Of a DNA stretch of 64,000 bases, positions 9,452-19,120 are shown piece after piece. The stretch covers positions 1 to 64,000 of the IMG/VR virus record IMGVR_UViG_3300032050_009888, one strand, 5' to 3'. The notes beneath the pieces are model-generated. The model was not told the DNA's origin. It made no database searches and was given only the letters and a program-made list of their open reading frames with translations. The DNA comes from a virus. Numbering within the stretch: position 1 is the first letter of the stretch; each line of letters begins with the position of its first letter. Both the position numbers and the translations under genes were made by a program.

Positions 9452-9982
9452 ATGAAGATTGGATTTTGTGGAACAGTAAGTGTAGGCAAAACTACACTAG
9501 TAAACGCTTTAAAAGAATTACCTGAATTTAAAGACTATAAGTTTGCTACTGAGCGAAGTAAGTATTTAAGAGATTTAGGAATACCTTTAAACACAGATAG
9601 TACATTAAAAGGTCAAACTATATTCTTAGCTGAACGATGCTCAGAATTACTTCATGAAAATGTTATAACTGATAGAACAGTTATAGATGTAATGGCGTTT
9701 ACTTTTTGTGCTGAGTCTATAGATATTTTTGATAAAGATGGGTTTGAAGAATATGCTTCTAAGTTTATTGAGGAATATGATTGGATATTTTATGTTAGTC
9801 CTGCTGGTGTTGCTATTGAAGATAATAATGTTCGCACTACTAATGTAGATTATAGAAATCAAATAGATGATATGATTAAATACATCTGCTCTTCTAATTT
9901 AGATAAAATAGGGAATTTCGGAATAATATCAGGATCTACTGAGGATAGGTTAAAACAAATAAAATCTTATCTAGGTCTGTAA
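9452..9982 (+). CDS. P-loop ATPase / nucleotide kinase (AAA_28, NadR-like)
   Basis: GTVSVGKTT Walker A, ITDRTVID, EDNNVR. Confidence 0.75.
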   Translation: MKIGFCGTVSVGKTTLVNALKELPEFKDYKFATERSKYLRDLGIPLNTDSTLKGQTIFLAERCSELLHENVITDRTVIDVMAFTFCAESIDIFDKDGFEEYASKFIEEYDWIFYVSPAGVAIEDNNVRTTNVDYRNQIDDMIKYICSSNLDKIGNFGIISGSTEDRLKQIKSYLGL

Positions 9983-10004
9983 TATTTATAACAAAAACTA
10001 TTCA

Positions 10005-10793
10005 ATGAAACGTAAAGACCTATATAGTTATATCCGTGAGGAAATTATAGAAACACTATCTGAAATAGATGTTGATAAAGCAGCTGGAGCTGTAGTTGTT
10101 AAAAAAGGAACACCAGCATCTGCCCCACCAGAAATCAAAAAATATACAACTCAAGGTATTGATGTTAATGTGGTAGCTGAAGAAGATATTGACGAAGCTC
10201 GTAAAGCAGGTGGTTACAAAATAGGTGACACAGGTAAATTTGCTGAAGCTAAAGAATTATATGGCGCGGGTCTTTATGCTGATGTATTAAAAGCAATTGA
10301 AGAAGCAGGTGAGGATGGTCTTACTCAAAAAGATTTAGGAGCTAAATTAGGTAAAGGTGATGGTTCATCTCTTAATTTTATTTTAAATAAATTTAAAGCT
10401 ATTGGAGTATTAGGTGGAGGTAAATTAGCAGCAGCTGAAAAACCATCTAAAGCAGCTCCTGAGGTTGAACCTGAAGCAGATGAAGAAGAAGATGATTTCT
10501 TTAAAGCAGATGATGAAGACACAACTCCTGAAGAAAAACCACAAGTCACTACTGATAAAGAAATTAAAAAAATAGCAGGTGATATTGATACTGGAAAAAG
10601 CAGTGAGCTTAATAAAGCAATTAATGTTATTAAAAATGTAACTGACAAACTCCAAAATATGAAGTCTGGATCAAAAGAATATAATGACAAAATGATCGCA
10701 TTAAGACAATATATTGGTAAAAATAAAAATCTTCTTAGAGGACAAGATATTAGTTTATTGACTAAGAAACTTATAGGAGGTGGAGAAATATAA
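10005..10793 (+). CDS. Winged-HTH protein with LxE leader, upstream of the terminase
   Basis: GLTQKDLGAKLGK...ILNKFKAIGVL, acidic linker, coupled to terL. Confidence 0.55.
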   Translation: MKRKDLYSYIREEIIETLSEIDVDKAAGAVVVKKGTPASAPPEIKKYTTQGIDVNVVAEEDIDEARKAGGYKIGDTGKFAEAKELYGAGLYADVLKAIEEAGEDGLTQKDLGAKLGKGDGSSLNFILNKFKAIGVLGGGKLAAAEKPSKAAPEVEPEADEEEDDFFKADDEDTTPEEKPQVTTDKEIKKIAGDIDTGKSSELNKAINVIKNVTDKLQNMKSGSKEYNDKMIALRQYIGKNKNLLRGQDISLLTKKLIGGGEI

Positions 10794-12364
10794 TGTCGCA
10801 AGACTTAAAACAAATAATAAGAGAAGAATACGTAAAGTGCGCTCATGACCCGGCGCACTTTATGCGTAAGTATTGTCATATTCAACATCCACAACGTGGG
10901 CGAGTAATTTTTAATCTTTATCCATTTCAAAGTAAAGTATTAACATTATGGAGAGATAATCCATACTCTGTTGTTTTAAAATCTAGACAGTTAGGTATTT
11001 CAACATTAGCGGCTGGTTATTCTTTATGGTTAATGTTATTCCATAAAGATAAAAACGTATTATGTTTAGCTACTAAACAAGAAACAGCTAAAAACATGGT
11101 AACTAAAGTACGTTTTATGTACGATAATTTACCATCTTGGCTTAAATTACCAGCAGATGAAAATAATAAATTAAGTTTAAAACTAAATAATGGTTCTCAA
11201 ATCAAAGCAGTATCCGCAGCTGGTGATGCAGGTCGATCTGAAGCTGTATCTTTACTTATAGTTGATGAAGCAGCATTTATTGAGAATATAGGTGAAATTT
11301 GGGCTTCTGCTCAACAAACCTTAGCAACAGGTGGTGGTGCTATTGTATTATCTACTCCATATGGTACTGGTAATTGGTTTCATCAAACCTGGGTAAAAGC
11401 AGAATCACAAGAAAATGACTTTTTACCTATTAAATTACCTTGGTATGTTCATCCTGAACGAGATGAGACTTGGAGAAAACGCCAAGATGAATTACTAGGT
11501 GACCCTAGACTAGCAGCTCAAGAATGTGACTGTGATTTCACAACATCAGGAGATGTAGTTTACTACCCAGAACATTTGGAGTATATGATGACTACTCACG
11601 TTTGCGAACCTATGGAACGTAGAGGAATAGATAAAAATTTATGGATTTGGGAATCACCAGATTATACTAGGAATTATATGGTGATAGCAGATGTAGCTAG
11701 AGGTGATAGTAAAGACTTTTCTGCATTTCATATATTTGATGTTGAAACTAATGCACAAGTAGCTGAATATAAAGGACAATTACCACCTAAAGAATTTGGT
11801 TATATGTTAGTAGGTATAGCCTCTGAATATAATGAAGCATTATTAGTAGTAGAAAATAATAATATTGGATGGGCAACATTAGATGCTATTCAAGAAAGAA
11901 ATTATAGGAATCTCTATTATTCACCAAAGAGTGATACCCCACTTTCTGATTCGTATTTTAGTCAATATGAAGATCACTCTAAAATGATACCTGGTATTAC
12001 TATGAATTTAAGGAATCGTCCTTTAATTATTAATAAGGGTAGAGAGTATTTTGGTGATCATAGTGTTATAATTAGATCAAAAAGATTAATTGAAGAAATG
12101 AAAGTTTTTATTTGGAGAAATGGTAGAGCTGAAGCACAAGCTGGATATAACGATGATTTAGTTATGTCTTATAGTACCGCTATGTATCTTAGAGACACTG
12201 CTTTAAAAAATAAAACACAAGGAATTGAATTAACTAAAGCAACAATAAATAATATATCAAAACCAGCTCAATATCAAGGAGCATATTTCGCTACAGGTAA
12301 AGATAACCCATATCATATGCCTACAAACAATGGTGGAACTGAAGATATTAGTTGGTTACTTTAA
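10793..12364 (+). CDS. terL: Terminase large subunit (T4 gp17-like)
   Basis: LYPFQ, KSRQLGIST Walker A, LIVDEAAF Walker B, STPYG, nuclease IADVARG...D and GYNDDLVM. Confidence 0.95.
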   Translation: MSQDLKQIIREEYVKCAHDPAHFMRKYCHIQHPQRGRVIFNLYPFQSKVLTLWRDNPYSVVLKSRQLGISTLAAGYSLWLMLFHKDKNVLCLATKQETAKNMVTKVRFMYDNLPSWLKLPADENNKLSLKLNNGSQIKAVSAAGDAGRSEAVSLLIVDEAAFIENIGEIWASAQQTLATGGGAIVLSTPYGTGNWFHQTWVKAESQENDFLPIKLPWYVHPERDETWRKRQDELLGDPRLAAQECDCDFTTSGDVVYYPEHLEYMMTTHVCEPMERRGIDKNLWIWESPDYTRNYMVIADVARGDSKDFSAFHIFDVETNAQVAEYKGQLPPKEFGYMLVGIASEYNEALLVVENNNIGWATLDAIQERNYRNLYYSPKSDTPLSDSYFSQYEDHSKMIPGITMNLRNRPLIINKGREYFGDHSVIIRSKRLIEEMKVFIWRNGRAEAQAGYNDDLVMSYSTAMYLRDTALKNKTQGIELTKATINNISKPAQYQGAYFATGKDNPYHMPTNNGGTEDISWLL

Positions 12365-12375
12365 ATAAATAAAAC

Positions 12376-14247
12376 ATGGCTGATACTAGTGTATTTACAC
12401 GATTACGAAGACTATTTTCAACGGATGTAATTATTCGTAATGAAGGTGGAAACCAACTTAAAGTAATGGATGTTGATTCCATTCAAAGAAGTGGCAAATA
12501 TGAAACAAACTCTTTAGTTGATAGATTTAGTAGAGTTTATTCAACAAACGCAACCTCACTTTATGGTCAACAATTAAATGTTAACTATCAATATCTAAGA
12601 TCTCAACTCTACTCAGATTATGATGTGATGGATAATGATGCTATTATAGCGTCTGCTTTAGATATTGTAGCTGATGAATGTTCATTAAAAAATGAAATGG
12701 GAGAAGTACTCCAAATTCGTAGTTCAGATGAAGATATTCAAAAAATACTATATAATTTATTCTATGATGTTTTAAATGTTGAATTTAATCTTTGGTCTTG
12801 GACTCGCCAAATGTGTAAATATGGTGATTTCTTTTTAAAATTAGAAATCGCTGAAAAATTTGGTGTGTATAATGTAATTCCTTATACTGCTTATCATATT
12901 GAAAGACAAGAAGGATATGATTCAAATGCTCCAACAGCAGTAAGATTTAGATTCAACCCAGATGGATTTGTAGGAGGTACAGGTCAGTATACTGTTCCTA
13001 ATATGGGTGGAGGTAATAACATTAATGCTTCTGGTATCTTTTTTGACAATTATGAAATGGCTCATTTTAGATTGTTAACAGATGTTAACTATCTTCCATA
13101 TGGTCGTTCATATATAGAACCTGCTCGTAAATTATTTAAACAATATACATTAATGGAAGATGCTATGTTAATTCATAGGATCTCTCGCGCTCCTGAAAAA
13201 CGAATATTTTATGTTAACGTAGGAGCTATTCCTCCTAACGAGGTAGAAAACTTCATGCAAAAGACTATTAGAACCATGAAGAAAGTACCTTATATGGATC
13301 CACAAACTGGTGAATATAATTTAAAATACAACATGCAAAACTTGTTGGAAGACTTTTATATTCCTGTTCGAGGTAATGATCAAACAACTAAAATAGAAAC
13401 TACTAAAGGTTTAGAGTATAATAGTATAGAAGATGTAGTATATTTAAGAGAAAAGTTATTTGCCGCTCTTAAAGTACCTAAAGCATTTATGGGCTATGAA
13501 AAAGATTTATCAGGCAAAGCAACATTAGCAGCAGAAGATATTCGTTTTGCTCGTACAATTGATAGAATCCAACGTATTCTTTTATCAGAACTATATAAAA
13601 TAGCATTAGTACATTTATACACTCAAGGATATAGAGGTGAAACTTTAACTAATTTTGAAATCTCATTAACAACACCTTCAATCATTTATGATCAAGAGCG
13701 TATAATGTTAATGAAAGAAAAGGTAGAATTAGCTAAAAACATTATGGATGCTCAATTATTACCCACAGATTGGATTTACCATCATATATTCCACTTTAGT
13801 GAAGACCAATATGATGAATACAGAGATTTAATACTTCAAGATGCTAAACGTAGATTCAGATTAGCTCAGGTGACTAATGAAGGTAATGATCCATTAGAAA
13901 CAGGTAAATCTTATGGTACACCACATGACTTAGCAGCTTTATATGGTAAAGGTCGTGTTGTATCTGATCCTGCTAATGTTCCTGATGGTTATGGAGATGA
14001 TATAACTTTAGGAAGACCTAAAGAAAAAGTAAGTACTATTAATACTCAATATAATCCTTTAGGTAGAGATCGTTTAGGTAGAACAGCCATGAAAAATGAT
14101 GATGAAATGGCAGGTCAATCCAAACAATTGACAGAAAATACTTATCTAAAAAATAAACAATTTTTAAATGAAATAGAGAAAAAATTAGTTTTCCAATCAG
14201 ATAAGGCAAAAGAATCATTATTAGACGAAAAACAACTGCGAGGTTAA
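12376..14247 (+). CDS. Portal protein (T4 gp20-like)
   Basis: LMEDAMLIHRISRAPEKRIFY, EDFYIPVRG, LFAALKVP, EDIRFARTI. Confidence 0.93.
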   Translation: MADTSVFTRLRRLFSTDVIIRNEGGNQLKVMDVDSIQRSGKYETNSLVDRFSRVYSTNATSLYGQQLNVNYQYLRSQLYSDYDVMDNDAIIASALDIVADECSLKNEMGEVLQIRSSDEDIQKILYNLFYDVLNVEFNLWSWTRQMCKYGDFFLKLEIAEKFGVYNVIPYTAYHIERQEGYDSNAPTAVRFRFNPDGFVGGTGQYTVPNMGGGNNINASGIFFDNYEMAHFRLLTDVNYLPYGRSYIEPARKLFKQYTLMEDAMLIHRISRAPEKRIFYVNVGAIPPNEVENFMQKTIRTMKKVPYMDPQTGEYNLKYNMQNLLEDFYIPVRGNDQTTKIETTKGLEYNSIEDVVYLREKLFAALKVPKAFMGYEKDLSGKATLAAEDIRFARTIDRIQRILLSELYKIALVHLYTQGYRGETLTNFEISLTTPSIIYDQERIMLMKEKVELAKNIMDAQLLPTDWIYHHIFHFSEDQYDEYRDLILQDAKRRFRLAQVTNEGNDPLETGKSYGTPHDLAALYGKGRVVSDPANVPDGYGDDITLGRPKEKVSTINTQYNPLGRDRLGRTAMKNDDEMAGQSKQLTENTYLKNKQFLNEIEKKLVFQSDKAKESLLDEKQLRG

Positions 14248-14285
14248 ACAATCCTGATATATTTATAACAAAAACATAACTTTAA

Positions 14286-15143
14286 ATGCTTATAAAACAT
14301 TCAAAATTTAAGAATACAGGTATTCTCTTTGAATTATTAGTAAGGCAGATAACATCCGACACTTTATCGGGTAAATCCTCAGAAGCCACGGGTATTCTTA
14401 AAAAGTTTTTCAGTAAAACTGAATTAGGACGCGAATATAAATTATATGAAAGTTTATTAAAGCGTACTAATTTAACTGAAGGGAAAGCTGAAATTATAAT
14501 CAATACTATCTTAGAAAGCTCCAAGCAATTAAACCGCTCAGCTCTTAAAAGACAAAAGTATAATTTAATTAATGAAATTAAAAAATATTATAATTTAGAG
14601 GACTTTTTTAAAAGTAAATTACCTAACTATAAGGCTCAAGCCTCAATCTATACTTTAATTGAAGCCTATAATAGTGAGAAAAAAGTGTTTCATGAGCAAA
14701 CAATTTCAAATAAATTAGTTTTACTTGAACATTTAACTTCATTAACATCAAAACCAAAAGAATCTAATGATGAAGTAATAAATGAATTTTCTACTTATGA
14801 CAAAGATACTCGTATCTTAACATATAAAATTTTATTAGACAAATTCAACAGTAAATACTCAGACTTTAGTAATACTAAAAAAACAATTCTTAAAGAGTTT
14901 ATTAATAGTGTAGATAACACAAGTAAACTTAAAGAATTTTATAATACTAAAATTGGTGATTTCAAAAATGAACTTGTTAAATTAAATAAAAAAACTAAAA
15001 ATGAAGTTACCAAAATTAAAATCAATGAGGTAACTAATTTATTACTTGAGTTAGGAAAAAATGATAAAGTAACTAATGATAATATAGTTAATTTATTACA
15101 ATACTGTGATTTAATTGAAGAACTTAAATCAGTAAATGGATAA
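14286..15143 (+). CDS. Head-module hypothetical protein
   Basis: Long helical ORF after ATATTTATA (14259-14267). Confidence 0.7.
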   Translation: MLIKHSKFKNTGILFELLVRQITSDTLSGKSSEATGILKKFFSKTELGREYKLYESLLKRTNLTEGKAEIIINTILESSKQLNRSALKRQKYNLINEIKKYYNLEDFFKSKLPNYKAQASIYTLIEAYNSEKKVFHEQTISNKLVLLEHLTSLTSKPKESNDEVINEFSTYDKDTRILTYKILLDKFNSKYSDFSNTKKTILKEFINSVDNTSKLKEFYNTKIGDFKNELVKLNKKTKNEVTKIKINEVTNLLLELGKNDKVTNDNIVNLLQYCDLIEELKSVNG

Positions 15144-15660
15144 ACCTAATTTAAATAAACTTAAAGAAGTAGTACTCAAAAAGTTAAAAGAAATGAGTGC
15201 TACTGGCGCTGGAGCAGGTGCTGGTACTTTCACTCCTGGCTCTGGAGCTCAATATGCTACTCCTTATGCTTTTAATCCTAATAAAAAAGCTAAAGGAGCC
15301 CAAAATATTTATTATTATAAGTTAGGTTGGAAACCAGTAAATGCTAAAAAGCTTCATAAAGCTTCTAAAACTATAGATCATAAAGATTTATGGAAAAAGA
15401 AATTAGAAGAAGAAGCAACTGACACTTACATTAATAATCTTAACTTAACTGATCCTGCTTTATCACAATTTATAGAAAAAAGAGTAAGTGATTTTGATAA
15501 AATAGAAGATAAATTAAACACTTTACTCCCTCTATTAAAACAAGCTAAAGCACAAACAATGGAGTACTATAAAAATTCTCCAGACTTTAAAATACAGTAT
15601 GGTACCGATTTAGCAGTTGATTATTTAGACGACATCATTAAACTCTTCAATAAAAAATGA
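15136..15660 (+). CDS. Head-module hypothetical protein (LKE leader)
   Basis: KLKEVVLKKLKE followed by MSATGAGAG. Confidence 0.65.
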   Translation: MDKPNLNKLKEVVLKKLKEMSATGAGAGAGTFTPGSGAQYATPYAFNPNKKAKGAQNIYYYKLGWKPVNAKKLHKASKTIDHKDLWKKKLEEEATDTYINNLNLTDPALSQFIEKRVSDFDKIEDKLNTLLPLLKQAKAQTMEYYKNSPDFKIQYGTDLAVDYLDDIIKLFNKK

Positions 15661-17192
15661 GAACACTACAAGAACAATATAACGCCATTAAAAATGGTAA
15701 CGGAAATAAAGCTCAATTCTTAAAACAAGCTAGACATTTGTTTCCTCAATATGTGAATCAATACTCTGATTTTGACACAGCCTCGGGTGTATTAAAATCT
15801 AAACAAATCATTAGTGAAGCAGCAGGTGGTGTTGTTTCTAAAGGATTTGATATTTGGGATTGGAAGAAAATTTTAGCAGAAGAGACTAAAGCAACTGAAA
15901 AAGAAACATCTAAAGAAGTATTAGATGCTCAAAAACACGCTTATAATAACTCAGACATGAAAAACGCTGATAACGTTAATTTTAACGAGATCATGAAAGG
16001 ATTTTATGCTGAATTAAAAGACGAGAAGAATAAAGAAAAAAGTGGTGATGAACTTAAAGCTATAGTTGTTAAAAACTTAGCTAAAGATCCTTTATATTAT
16101 ACTAAAAATGGTGAATTTGGAACTAAAGGAGTTGGATATACAACTGAAGCTCCTGGTTTAGGCGAACCTAAAGAACCAAAAGGTAAACATAAATCATCAG
16201 GTTATGGTGATTTAAAAGAAAATAAAGAAAAAAGAGAATTATCATTACAATTAATTGATAAAGAAGATAAAAAGGGATTAGCTCTTTATAAGAATACTAA
16301 AGATCAAAACGATTTATATTATTATGATGGAAAAGTATTATATAGTATTAGAGATGATGGATCAAAAGGACCTTCTGTTAGAATGAGTTTATTTAATATA
16401 ACTGGATTAAGAGAAGGAAAAATTAAAGAAAACACTGATATTTTAGATTATTATTTAAGTGTTATTGATTCTAATAATATGAGTAAGGACGAAGCGTTTG
16501 CTTATCTAGAAAATGAAGATCTCCCAGGAACTCAAATTGACACAATTATGAACTATGCTTTTCCTATAAAGGCGGATAAAGATATTCCATCTCAAGGAAT
16601 GACTGAAGCAGAACAAAAACTTCGTTCTTTAGTTCGTAATATTATTAAAGAAGAACTTAATAAATATGGAGAAGAGAAGGAAGATTGGAACGATCAAACT
16701 GGAGATTATGATGAAGCTAATTTAAGTGAAAATAATGAATCCCCGGTTAAAAAAGGTGATATTCTCTATCATAAAAATAGTGATTCTACACTTGAAGTAA
16801 CAAATATTGAACCCAAAAGTATTTCTATGAAAGTAATCAAAGTTTCAGATAAAACCCCAACTTACATTAAAGTAGGACAAAAATCTAAAACTAGTTATAG
16901 TGCTATAGGTAAAACTTATATTAAAAAAGAAATAAATTTAAACGAAGGATCAATCCCTGCTAAAGCAGAAAAAATAACAGATAAAGTAATTAAATGGTAT
17001 GAAAATCATCCTAATCCTAAAATGAAAGAGTTACTTAATTCTGTTGAGAAAAATATAGAAAATATGCTTTCTAAAACTGTAGGTAAAAATGCTATTAGTG
17101 TTGAAGAATTTGAAAAAATAGTTAAATCCAAATACGGAAAACCATTTGAAGATCCAAACTATAGCGTATTTAAAAAAGCGACAAATAAATAA
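15657..17192 (+). CDS. Prohead core / internal polyprotein-like protein
   Basis: Lies between portal and protease. Multiple LxE-delimited segments. Confidence 0.6.
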   Translation: MRTLQEQYNAIKNGNGNKAQFLKQARHLFPQYVNQYSDFDTASGVLKSKQIISEAAGGVVSKGFDIWDWKKILAEETKATEKETSKEVLDAQKHAYNNSDMKNADNVNFNEIMKGFYAELKDEKNKEKSGDELKAIVVKNLAKDPLYYTKNGEFGTKGVGYTTEAPGLGEPKEPKGKHKSSGYGDLKENKEKRELSLQLIDKEDKKGLALYKNTKDQNDLYYYDGKVLYSIRDDGSKGPSVRMSLFNITGLREGKIKENTDILDYYLSVIDSNNMSKDEAFAYLENEDLPGTQIDTIMNYAFPIKADKDIPSQGMTEAEQKLRSLVRNIIKEELNKYGEEKEDWNDQTGDYDEANLSENNESPVKKGDILYHKNSDSTLEVTNIEPKSISMKVIKVSDKTPTYIKVGQKSKTSYSAIGKTYIKKEINLNEGSIPAKAEKITDKVIKWYENHPNPKMKELLNSVEKNIENMLSKTVGKNAISVEEFEKIVKSKYGKPFEDPNYSVFKKATNK

Positions 17193-17193
17193 T

Positions 17194-17793
17194 ATGAAAT
17201 CCTTATTAATAGAGACTCGCCCATTTAGTATATCACCAGTTGCTCTTACTGAAGGTAAGAGTGTGAATGGTAATCCTTTAGTTGAAGGTATTCTAGCTAC
17301 TTGTGAAGTAAAAAACGGAAATGGTAGATACTATGCTAAAGATTTATGGGAAAGAGAAATTAATAAGTATATGACTTTAGTTAAAGAAAGAAGAGCATGT
17401 GGTGAATTAGATCATCCTGACTCTCAAGTAATTAACTTAAAAAATGTATCACATAATATATCAAGCATTTGGTGGGACGGAGATAACATTATGGGTAAAA
17501 TAGAAATTTTACCAACTCCATCAGGTAATATTTTAACAGCTTTAATAGGATCAGGTATTAAAGTAGGGGTTTCATCTCGCGGAATGGGAAGCCTAAAACA
17601 AGTAGGTGAAGTATTAGAAGTACAAGATGATTTTGAACTATTATGTTGGGATTTTGTAAGTACACCTTCAAATCCAGGCTCATTTATGACTCCATTAAAT
17701 GAAGGATTATCATCTCCAATTAATCCTTATGGTAGAGTAAATTCTATAGTGACAGAAATTTTATGTGCTAACGGCACCTGTCCTATTTTTTAA
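17194..17793 (+). CDS. Prohead protease (T4 gp21-like)
   Basis: KNGNGRYY, GELDHP, VSHNI, GVSSRGMGS, DFVSTPS. Start ATG 17194. Confidence 0.93.
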   Translation: MKSLLIETRPFSISPVALTEGKSVNGNPLVEGILATCEVKNGNGRYYAKDLWEREINKYMTLVKERRACGELDHPDSQVINLKNVSHNISSIWWDGDNIMGKIEILPTPSGNILTALIGSGIKVGVSSRGMGSLKQVGEVLEVQDDFELLCWDFVSTPSNPGSFMTPLNEGLSSPINPYGRVNSIVTEILCANGTCPIF

Positions 17794-17952
17794 AAAAGCG
17801 CTTTTCTTTTCCTCGCTCTGCGACTTTATATAAATACGCATATACGTATCACAGAATATGCCCATTAATGAGGCATTACTTTTATATAATACATTACGCT
17901 TCGAACATCAGTTCATATTAAGCGTATTTCCAAATTAAAAACTTAAGGAAAA

Positions 17953-19074
17953 ATGGCAACAAACAGAGATTTGCTTAAAGAAGCAATCGCAGATGCTAAA
18001 GCTGTTAAAGAAACTGCTATCGCAAATGCAAAAGCTGCTTTAGAAGAAGCATTTACTCCCTACCTCAAGGAAAAATTATCTGCTAAATTACAAGAAATGG
18101 AAGATAATGAAACTGAGTTAGAAGAAAGTGAAGTTTCTGAAGTAGAAAAAGAAAAGAAAATGGAAGAAGCAAAGAAAGAAGAAGACATGACCGAAGAAGT
18201 TTCTTTAGATGAACTATTAGCTGAATTAGAAGAATCTGATGACATGGACGAAACGTACATGGAAGAAGATGTTTATGAAGCTAAAGGTGAAGAAGAAGAA
18301 ATGTCAATCGAAGATATGTCTGAAGATGATCTTAAATCTTTCATTGAAGATGTAATTAAAGACATGGTATCAGCTGGTGAATTAGAAGCTGGCGAAGAAG
18401 GTGAAGAAGAAGTTGATATGGATATGGAAGCAGGCGCTGAAGAAGAGCTTGACGAAGTTTTCAATATTGATGAACTCTTAGCTGAAATGGAAAAAGAAGA
18501 ATCTCTTGAAGAGAAAAAAGAAAAAGAAAAAATGGAAGAAATTGAAATTGGCTCTGATGTTTATTTAAATCAAGCTGAAACAATCCTAGCTGTTCTTAGT
18601 ACTCTTGGTATAGTAGGCGCAGCCGCTCTAGCCACAGATGAAATCAGAACTGGTTTAGCTAATGCTCTTAAAAAGGGTAAAAAAGCAGCAGCTGATTTTA
18701 TTAAAGGTTTAAAAGGTAAAACTGCTGAAACTCAAGAAATGGAAGAACAATTAAATGAACTTCGTAATGAATTAAATGAAGTAAATTTATTGAACGCTAA
18801 ACTTCTTTACACTAACAAAATCTTCCGCAACAAGTCTTTAACTGAATCACAAAAGGTAAAGGTTTTAACTGCGTTTGATAAAGCAACAACTAAAAAAGAA
18901 GTTGAACTTGTTTATGAAACTTTAGTAGAAGGCTTAAAAACAACTACAAAAGCTCCTATTAAAGAATCATTAGGTTCTGCCTCTAAAGTATTAGGTGGTG
19001 CTACATCAAAACCAATCATTGAGAACGATGCTTTCGCTCGTATGCGTGAGTTAGCGTTTGGTGGTAACAAATAA
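17953..19074 (+). CDS. Prohead scaffolding protein (T4 gp22-like)
   Basis: Very acidic coiled coil between protease and major capsid gene. Confidence 0.8.
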   Translation: MATNRDLLKEAIADAKAVKETAIANAKAALEEAFTPYLKEKLSAKLQEMEDNETELEESEVSEVEKEKKMEEAKKEEDMTEEVSLDELLAELEESDDMDETYMEEDVYEAKGEEEEMSIEDMSEDDLKSFIEDVIKDMVSAGELEAGEEGEEEVDMDMEAGAEEELDEVFNIDELLAEMEKEESLEEKKEKEKMEEIEIGSDVYLNQAETILAVLSTLGIVGAAALATDEIRTGLANALKKGKKAAADFIKGLKGKTAETQEMEEQLNELRNELNEVNLLNAKLLYTNKIFRNKSLTESQKVKVLTAFDKATTKKEVELVYETLVEGLKTTTKAPIKESLGSASKVLGGATSKPIIENDAFARMRELAFGGNK

Positions 19075-19120
19075 CTTAATTTAAAAACAATTTAAAAACA
19101 AATTAAAAACTGAAAAAAAC

